Positions 58,383-64,000 of a stretch of DNA of 64,000 nt are shown here, one piece after another. The stretch lies in IMG/VR virus record IMGVR_UViG_3300027754_000050. One strand, 5' to 3'. Within the stretch, counting starts at the first letter, position 1. Every line of letters begins with the position of its first letter. Origin of the DNA: an uncultured virus (IMG/VR IMGVR_UViG_3300027754_000050) (Duplodnaviria; Heunggongvirae; Uroviricota; Caudoviricetes). Both the position numbers and the translations under genes were made by a program. Below the pieces are notes generated by a model that was not told where the DNA came from, made no database searches, and was given only the letters and a program-made list of their open reading frames with translations.

Positions 58383-58709
58383 ATGGGAAAGAAGGAGGCG
58401 GCGAACATGAACGATGCGAATGAGAGGTCTGTTGCATCGGCTGGTTCTATTGCGATGCTGGTGATGGTTCTCGCTCTCGCACTCGCACTGATCGCCGGGT
58501 GTGCTGCCCACTCGCCGCCGCAGCCAACGCCAGACATTCGCACTTGCGAAGGCTGCGGGACACGGTGGGATACGCCGAATCCAGAGCCGAATCCGAAGCC
58601 GATCAAACAATGCCCGAACTGCCCGATGACGCCGGAAGAATTTGAGCGGTTGAAGGAACAGTTGCGGAAATCCAATAACACTTCTGAAATAGAAAAAATA
58701 AGGATATGA
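58383..58709 (+). CDS. GC-rich putative lipoprotein with CxxC pairs
   Basis: Hydrophobic stretch, lipobox LIAGC, CEGC and CPNC. Confidence 0.65.
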   Translation: MGKKEAANMNDANERSVASAGSIAMLVMVLALALALIAGCAAHSPPQPTPDIRTCEGCGTRWDTPNPEPNPKPIKQCPNCPMTPEEFERLKEQLRKSNNTSEIEKIRI

Positions 58710-58710
58710 A

Positions 58711-58989
58711 ATGAAAAAATTCCACGAATGGCTGAAAATAAGAGAAAGCACAAGTTGGTCGCCCGATAGAAAAAAAATAAAAAGAAAAAGTGGACTTCAA
58801 GCTCAATGCCGCAGATGCAATAAAATTTACAATGTAGCAAATTTGGGTGATTTTTTTGCTGGACAATCAAAATGCCCCGACTGTGGTGGACAGGGAGACA
58901 TAACCGGAAACAGTAAGCCGGAAGGAGTAAAGAACGATTCGTATCCGCACTGGCACAGACTGTCTCGCCTGCCGGGACAAAGAGGTTGA
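58711..58989 (+). CDS. Zinc-ribbon protein with CTS-like N-terminus
   Basis: MKKFHEWLKIRE; CRRC...CPDC. Confidence 0.7.
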   Translation: MKKFHEWLKIRESTSWSPDRKKIKRKSGLQAQCRRCNKIYNVANLGDFFAGQSKCPDCGGQGDITGNSKPEGVKNDSYPHWHRLSRLPGQRG

Positions 58990-58993
58990 TCGT

Positions 58994-59092
58994 TTAAACG
59001 CCTTTTAAATGCCTCGCCCACAAGATAATAATTGTCGGGACCAGTATCTCTATGGCAATTATTCCACCCAATATTATTTTCAATTCAAACAT
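58994..59092 (-). CDS. 32-aa single-TM peptide
   Basis: MFELKIILGGIIAIEILVPTIIILWARHLKGV. Confidence 0.45.
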   Translation of the reverse strand: MFELKIILGGIIAIEILVPTIIILWARHLKGV

Positions 59093-59152
59093 GAGATCCC
59101 CAGAAATACAGATGAAAGGAATCGAACCTTCTGATTCTAAAGACATACCAAA

Positions 59153-59281
59153 TCAAGATGCAGCATTAACCTCTGGATGAGATATTATCAACCAATCTTT
59201 AAAACCAATTAAAACAGGCTGTCCACTAATGTTTAAAGCCATTCTAATGCCACTTTTCTTCTTTTTCTTCTTCTTTTTCAT
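59153..59281 (-). CDS. 42-aa poly-Lys peptide
   Basis: MKKKKKKKKSGIRMALNISGQPVLIGFKDWLIISHPEVNAAS after AAAGGA RBS. Confidence 0.45.
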   Translation of the reverse strand: MKKKKKKKKSGIRMALNISGQPVLIGFKDWLIISHPEVNAAS

Positions 59282-59317
59282 TTTTTTCCTTTTAAAAATA
59301 ATCAATCTTATCTATCC

Positions 59318-59345
59318 TTGACAATAAATTTAAATACTATAAAAT
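59318..59345 (+). promoter_or_regulatory. Sigma70-type promoter
   Basis: TTGACA-N16-TAAAAT upstream of the HD gene. Confidence 0.55.
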
Positions 59346-59399
59346 ATTCTTTCAAAATAATACATAATCTATTACAGACGCTAAAAAATGAGTAAAATC

Positions 59400-60002
59400 A
59401 TGAAAAGTTTTAAAGAATGGAGAATGATAAAAGAAAGTATTTCTAATTATTCCGGAGATGGATCGGATGAACACGTACATGATTTTGCCAAAGAAAAACA
59501 TGACCAAACAGGTAAAAAAAGAAAACTATCTGGACTTCCTTATTTCACACATCCAAACAATGTTGCGAATCTATTGAGAACCGCAGGTGCAAGCCCAGAA
59601 GTGGTAATGGCTGGATACCTACATGATACAACAGAAGACGCAGGAGTTGATCCGCAGGAAATTGAAGCCCAGTTTGGATTAAGAGTGTCCCAATTAGTGG
59701 CTGGATCTTCAGAACCAGATAAAGGAGCAAGTTGGGATGAACGAAAACAACACACTATTGATTATTTAAGTTCAATTGACGATCCAGAAATATTACAAGT
59801 TGTAGTTGCTGATAAACTCGATAATGTAACAGATACACATATTAATGGCGGAGAAGGGATCTGGTCTAAATTCAACGCACCATACGAAAAACAAAAATGG
59901 TACTACTCTACATTAGCCGATATATTCCTGGACAAAATACCAGAATTCAGCCTCTCGAGAAGATATAAAAATATGGTCGATAAGGTTTTTATAAATCGAT
60001 AG
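59400..60002 (+). CDS. HD-domain small alarmone hydrolase (Mesh1/SAH-like) with CTS-like N-terminus
   Basis: FA..KH...RK.SG.PY..HP..VA; LHDTTED; ADKLDN; W..F....KQ.WYY; MKSFKEWRMIKE. Confidence 0.9.
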   Translation: MKSFKEWRMIKESISNYSGDGSDEHVHDFAKEKHDQTGKKRKLSGLPYFTHPNNVANLLRTAGASPEVVMAGYLHDTTEDAGVDPQEIEAQFGLRVSQLVAGSSEPDKGASWDERKQHTIDYLSSIDDPEILQVVVADKLDNVTDTHINGGEGIWSKFNAPYEKQKWYYSTLADIFLDKIPEFSLSRRYKNMVDKVFINR

Positions 60003-60112
60003 CATTTTACATATCTACACCATGATGCCACACACTATAGAATATTTACTGTGGACCTGTATTGGTTTTTGGTACCTTACATTTTTATATCTATTTTATA
60101 TCGAGAACTATT

Positions 60113-60325
60113 ATGAAAGACAAGATTCCACTGAAGTATGACACTCTAATATCTATTGAGGATGTTATGGCTAAAAGCCCTGACGCCTTAATTGTAGATT
60201 ATATCAAAGAACTACACGCTCTCATACTATATCAGAGAACACTCATAAAAGAACAAAGAAGCGAAATTGTAGCTACGAAACATAAAAGTGCTTGGACTCA
60301 TTATTCAACTAAAGATTATCCGTGA
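60113..60325 (+). CDS. Hypothetical protein
   Basis: MKDKIPLKY..., short coiled coil. Confidence 0.5.
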   Translation: MKDKIPLKYDTLISIEDVMAKSPDALIVDYIKELHALILYQRTLIKEQRSEIVATKHKSAWTHYSTKDYP

Positions 60326-60581
60326 AGCATCCCTTTTTGTAGTCCCAATGTCTGTTGTCATGTATTGTCATTACAACACTAAATCCCAAAAGTCCACACC
60401 CCACGTTTAGTCCAGCATGATCACCGCTAGTAGTAAAACGTAGTGATGCCTCAAATATTGTATTCGTTTTCATTATTTGGAATTCCCAACTCTTGTGCTG
60501 TGTTATACGACCACCAGTGTTGTATATGTTACCCCACCGATTACTGAATGGATGCCACAGGTGAAAGTTTAAATTAATCAT
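60309..60581 (-). CDS. Hypothetical phage protein
   Basis: DHAG...LLG...IHDNRHWD. Confidence 0.6.
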   Translation of the reverse strand: MINLNFHLWHPFSNRWGNIYNTGGRITQHKSWEFQIMKTNTIFEASLRFTTSGDHAGLNVGCGLLGFSVVMTIHDNRHWDYKKGCFTDNL

Positions 60582-60619
60582 TGCGGTTCCAAAGAAAAAA
60601 AGTTAATAAGATCCATGAA

Positions 60620-60874
60620 CTACGGTAAATTCTTTATTGCCACTTCTATTTCACTATAGTGATAATTAAGCTCTGCTTCTTTAAGATGTTTATTCGTAGG
60701 GTGATCACTGTATAGTTCTTTTAACTGAATGTACCTTTCTAGATTATAATTCCTAATTAGCTCTGCTTTTTGTAGTTCTAACTGTTTCAATTCATTAGAA
60801 CCATATTGTATCTTATAGAAATAACAAAAACAGAGCATCATGTTCAAAAAGAAGATTATCAGTATTCCTTTCAC
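60620..60874 (-). CDS. Hypothetical membrane-anchored protein
   Basis: N-terminal TM helix then coiled coil. Confidence 0.5.
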   Translation of the reverse strand: MKGILIIFFLNMMLCFCYFYKIQYGSNELKQLELQKAELIRNYNLERYIQLKELYSDHPTNKHLKEAELNYHYSEIEVAIKNLP

Positions 60875-61045
60875 ATTTCACCCTTATTCTATGAAAATCA
60901 TGCCCGTATGTCCACTGCACGGAAGATTGCATCCATGTATACCTAATTATTAGACCTTTAACTAAAAATAAAACAAAATTTTGAGCAGTTGATGCGAACT
61001 CCAGAATCTGGTACAGTCGTCTTTCCTTTAACACCCTAAAAGAGC

Positions 61046-61273
61046 ATGAAAAGAACACTAACATTCGATGAATTGGTGAAATTTGGACAATCTCATAATT
61101 ATACTGTTGTAAAAGACGCATCAAATGGTATCAATTGGCATTATAATCGAAAGTGTAGTGTACTTAGTGTTTGCGATACTATTAATGAGGTTTTTGATGC
61201 AATTTCATGTGATATTAATCTTAAGAAGAATCCAAGCGGCGAAAGGATCAAAGTAATTTTTAATAATGGATAA
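61046..61273 (+). CDS. Hypothetical protein
   Basis: Overlaps the start of the sigma gene. Confidence 0.5.
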   Translation: MKRTLTFDELVKFGQSHNYTVVKDASNGINWHYNRKCSVLSVCDTINEVFDAISCDINLKKNPSGERIKVIFNNG

Positions 61274-61760
61274 TAATGATCTTCTGTCCTATTGGATAAA
61301 AACACACTCTTATAGCCTGCACCAAATTGCTTATAAATTAGTGGGGAACCGACATAGCACAGAAGACATCGTGCAGGAAACGTTTAAATCCGCGTGGTAT
61401 AGCATAGATTCTTACGATAAGACTTTAAATGAAAAAGGATGGTTAACCACTATCCTAAAAAGAAGAGTGGTGGATTATTGGAGAAAGAAAAAATCTAGGG
61501 GCAATAATATCCCGAATGGTTTAGGATACACAATAGTTGCTAAGGATATAAAAGACAGTAGTAGCTTAGAATACTCCCAAAAAATAAACGACAGTTTAAA
61601 TAGCATCCATCCACGACTCAAAGAAACATTCTTATGTGTCGCAATAGAAGGATTAACTCACAAAGAAACCGCATCTAAACTCGGAATTCCTGTTGGAACT
61701 GTATTAAGCAGAGTGTACCGTGCCAAAGAACAGTTGAGAGAATGCCTAAATTCAATATGA
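61266..61760 (+). CDS. ECF-family RNA polymerase sigma factor
   Basis: TEDIVQETFKSAW...WLTTI...DYWRK (region 2); GLTHKETASKLGIPVGTVLSRVYRAK (region 4). Confidence 0.92.
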   Translation: MDNNDLLSYWIKTHSYSLHQIAYKLVGNRHSTEDIVQETFKSAWYSIDSYDKTLNEKGWLTTILKRRVVDYWRKKKSRGNNIPNGLGYTIVAKDIKDSSSLEYSQKINDSLNSIHPRLKETFLCVAIEGLTHKETASKLGIPVGTVLSRVYRAKEQLRECLNSI

Positions 61761-61927
61761 TGCGAATAAAAAAAATAACCCAGAATTTTTTTCTGGTCTA
61801 TACCGTTTTATAATTTTAAGATGGTATACCAATAACAATAAGAAAAACATTAAAAATCTTTGAAACAGTATAGTAAAAAATAAATCACAAGACAATCAAA
61901 AATAAGACAGTCATTGCGGTGGGGGTT

Positions 61928-62110
61928 AGGTACAATTAAAAAATATATTTTAATTGTACCTACCATAATTTTTGTATTATTATTTTTGTTACTATTTTTT
62001 TGTTACTATTTGTTACTATTTTTTTTGTTACTATTTTAGTAACAACAATAGTAACAACAATAGTAACAACCGCAGTGTACCCTGTTACTATTTTTAGTAA
62101 CAGGGTACAC
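61928..62110. repeat. Iteron-like GTTACTA repeats and two palindromes
   Basis: 14-bp inverted repeat at 61928-61961; TGTTACTATT x4; TAGTAACA x3; perfect 16-bp-arm palindrome at 62075-62110. Confidence 0.85.
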
Positions 62111-62118
62111 ACTAGCGA

Positions 62119-62550
62119 TCATTCTACTTCAAATACAAGATGATCTTCCCGCACAACGAAACAAGGGGGTGCAGACTTAGTAGCAGCCGATGGAGACTGG
62201 TGAGCCAGCCACTCCTCTTTCGTAGCCACCACTCCATCCACAAACCGCTCGACCACTAGCTTGCCCCCCTCGACCGGATACAGTCTGTAGTACCTTGCCC
62301 CATTGTGAGTGATCGTGTACGGGAAGTGTTCCCATTCGCCCCATGATAGGGGCTGGACTTCGCCACGTTCACCGCTGGCGATTCCTTCCTTGACACTTGC
62401 GAGGTTGGCAAAGTCTATGCCAGCCCGAAACACGCCTACCGTAGCCTTCTCCAGTACAGTGCCCTTGCTTGCCTTGCAAGGAGTCTGAACCGTCCGGAAG
62501 GATGCCTTAATGAATTGTCCTTTGCAGGACAGGAACGTAGACAACTTCAT
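62119..62550 (-). CDS. Hypothetical GC-rich cassette gene
   Basis: GGAG RBS within the repeated leader. Confidence 0.75.
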   Translation of the reverse strand: MKLSTFLSCKGQFIKASFRTVQTPCKASKGTVLEKATVGVFRAGIDFANLASVKEGIASGERGEVQPLSWGEWEHFPYTITHNGARYYRLYPVEGGKLVVERFVDGVVATKEEWLAHQSPSAATKSAPPCFVVREDHLVFEVE

Positions 62551-62559
62551 GGTTTCATT

Positions 62560-62618
62560 CTCCGGTGATACCAGTGGCAGTAACCGCTGCCACTACACCC
62601 TATAAGGTACAATTAAAT
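62560..62618 (-). promoter_or_regulatory. Cassette leader repeat 1 (AATTGTACC box, hairpin, RBS)
   Basis: TTAATTGTACCTTATAG...AGTGGCAG-CGGTTA-CTGCCACT-GGTATCACCGGAG. Confidence 0.8.
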
Positions 62619-62658
62619 CATAACAATAAATATAATTGTACCTAACCCATACCGCCGG

Positions 62659-62689
62659 TAACGGAAGGGTTTGTGTTCCCCTTCCGTTG
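62659..62689 (-). terminator. Post-stop hairpin repeat
   Basis: AACGGAAGGG-N9-CCCTTCCGTT, without a U-tract. Confidence 0.5.
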
Positions 62690-62694
62690 TCCGA

Positions 62695-63093
62695 TCAGCC
62701 GCACCTCACGGCCCCAGTGCCGTGGCACTCATCGCACATGCTATCGTTCCCACTGCAATAGCACTGACTCCATGCATTCGCATTCGCAGCCGGAGCGTGG
62801 TACTCCGGAATCCAATTGTATCCATTGCAGTCCTCGTTGGTTTCCCAACGACCGCAATCGGCAGGGGCTGGAGAGCGGTAGGCCGCTCCGTTCCATTCCA
62901 CGCTTGCAGCGTCATCGCAGGCATCGTCATCGCAGGCATCGTCGCACGGTGCGGCGACTCTGGCCGCAAGTTCTTCAACGTTATCATTCCAGTCTGCGGG
63001 CTCGCCGCAGTCAACGCACACCTCTCTAAAAGTGTCTTTCATGTCGACACTAGCGCCGCAACTTCGACAGATACTGAAATTGAAATTATTCAT
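62695..63093 (-). CDS. GC-rich Cys-rich cassette gene (DDAC repeats, CxxCxGxG)
   Basis: CRSC, CVDC, CDDACDDDACDDA, CDECHGTG; GGAG RBS. Confidence 0.7.
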   Translation of the reverse strand: MNNFNFSICRSCGASVDMKDTFREVCVDCGEPADWNDNVEELAARVAAPCDDACDDDACDDAASVEWNGAAYRSPAPADCGRWETNEDCNGYNWIPEYHAPAANANAWSQCYCSGNDSMCDECHGTGAVRCG

Positions 63094-63100
63094 CATATAG

Positions 63101-63157
63101 CTCCGGTGATACCAGTGGCAGTGTCTGCTGCCACTACCCTATAAGGTACAATTAAAT
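63101..63157 (-). promoter_or_regulatory. Cassette leader repeat 2
   Basis: Near-identical to 62560-62618 with a different hairpin loop. Confidence 0.8.
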
Positions 63158-63192
63158 TAAATTATAATAACTGGAAGGTTTGGTGTTCCCTT

Positions 63193-63531
63193 TTACAGAC
63201 CGCCGCCGGAGGTTTTCAGCCCATTGTATCCGATGGGCATTCCAATATCGTCGGCAATTATTTCTCCTGGTGCAACAACATCGTCCCTATCGAGAACCCG
63301 ATCAGCCACGACCGGATCGACGATAAATATTGTATCTTCGACTGGATCAGGCAAGCCAAATATTTCGTATACGGTTTCTACCAGCAGGAATGGTCCCAGT
63401 CCCCCGGCCATTTCAATGCTCGTGGTGACCACGTGAGCCACTGTGCCATCAGGAGGCAGCGGCCACATCTCTCCCAGCCCACCCCGAATTTTAAGAGTGG
63501 CTCCAGTTAGGTTCACAAACTTCAATTTCAT
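63193..63531 (-). CDS. Hypothetical phage cassette gene
   Basis: VNLT...GLPDP..DTIFIV...RDDVVAP...G..IG pattern; GAGGA RBS. Confidence 0.7.
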   Translation of the reverse strand: MKLKFVNLTGATLKIRGGLGEMWPLPPDGTVAHVVTTSIEMAGGLGPFLLVETVYEIFGLPDPVEDTIFIVDPVVADRVLDRDDVVAPGEIIADDIGMPIGYNGLKTSGGGL

Positions 63532-63540
63532 GAGATTTAT

Positions 63541-63630
63541 CCTCGATAACAGGTGGCAGGTACCGCTGCCACAACATAAGGTACAATTAAATTATAGTAA
63601 CCGGAAGGGTCTGGCGTTCCCCTTCCGTTG
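63541..63630 (-). promoter_or_regulatory. Cassette leader repeat 3 plus upstream post-stop hairpin
   Basis: GGAAGGG-N10-CCCTTCC, then TATAATTTAATTGTACC, then GTGGCAG-CGGTAC-CTGCCAC. Confidence 0.8.
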
Positions 63631-63634
63631 TGAA

Positions 63635-63871
63635 TCATGCCTGCTGGGGCAAGGGCAGCAGGGCGTAAGCCTCAGGCAGGCTGTACTCACCGCTAATAGC
63701 CTCGGAGATGCTGTCGATGTTGCCGTGGAGACTTACGGCATATCCGCCGTTCGTCTTCACAATGTTCAAGAGGTCATTCGCCTCTTGAACGTCGTACGCG
63801 ACACCGATGTGGCAATCGCCACTAACTCCCGCCTCCAGCTTGCCGCCGATACCGTAAATCATGATTTTCAT
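63635..63871 (-). CDS. Hypothetical GC-rich cassette gene
   Basis: GGAG RBS in leader repeat 4. Confidence 0.7.
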   Translation of the reverse strand: MKIMIYGIGGKLEAGVSGDCHIGVAYDVQEANDLLNIVKTNGGYAVSLHGNIDSISEAISGEYSLPEAYALLPLPQQA

Positions 63872-63878
63872 CGTTCTT

Positions 63879-63929
63879 CTCCGTTGATAACAGGGGACAG
63901 TATCCTATGCCACTATAAGGTACAATTAA
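63879..63929 (-). promoter_or_regulatory. Cassette leader repeat 4 (degenerate hairpin)
   Basis: TTAATTGTACCTTATAGTGGCA...CTGTTATCAACGGAG. Confidence 0.7.
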
Positions 63930-64000
63930 TTCCTCAAGCCCCTCTGGACAAGATAATATGTTCTGAGAACTGTTCTAGCAGTTCCCGTTTGAGTCGTGCC

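Noticed and set aside
59105..59180. tRNA-like T arm (GAAGG-TTCGATT-CCTTT) on the minus strand
   Set aside because: No convincing acceptor stem or D arm; at most a decayed tRNA.
62671..63144. Overlapping + strand and alternative-frame ORFs
   Set aside because: GC-rich shadows; only the minus-strand frame has the repeated leader and RBS.
62560..63929. CRISPR array or classical integron
   Set aside because: The repeats are separated by whole genes rather than 30-40 nt spacers. The post-stop hairpins are much shorter than attC sites, and no cas or intI gene is visible.
1..64000. Stop-codon reassignment
   Set aside because: Genes tile densely in the standard code, TAA, TAG and TGA are all used as stops, and no suppressor tRNA was seen.

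Overview
A 64-kb piece of an AT-rich, large (probably jumbo) tailed-phage genome in the standard genetic code. Positions 1-29.7 kb are a minus-strand contractile-tail module: three paralogous PKD/'HHN' virion proteins, baseplate gp6/gp25/gp5-like genes, a 3442-aa repeat-rich tape measure and a gp2-like protein. Positions 29.8-61.8 kb are accessory genes: a CCA-type nucleotidyltransferase, three tRNAs lacking CCA, proteases, patatin, MscL, a LicD/IspD/glycosyltransferase cluster, a Met-gamma-lyase-family enzyme, UvsE, Nudix, an ART-like protein, an HD alarmone hydrolase and an ECF sigma factor. Four signals stand out. (1) Three dispersed copies of a ~105-nt structured element resemble a TnpB omega/right-end RNA scaffold. 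They show compensatory base changes and have candidate promoters, there is no tnpB in the window, and one copy abuts the first base of tRNA-Asn. (2) About 12 unrelated proteins share a T4-like capsid-targeting N-terminus, suggesting a set of virion-injected nucleotide/tRNA-modifying enzymes. (3) At the right end, GC-rich small genes sit in a modular array, each with the same leader element. (4) That array adjoins an iteron/palindrome cluster that may be an origin or genome end. All calls come from reading motifs by eye; no searches were run.
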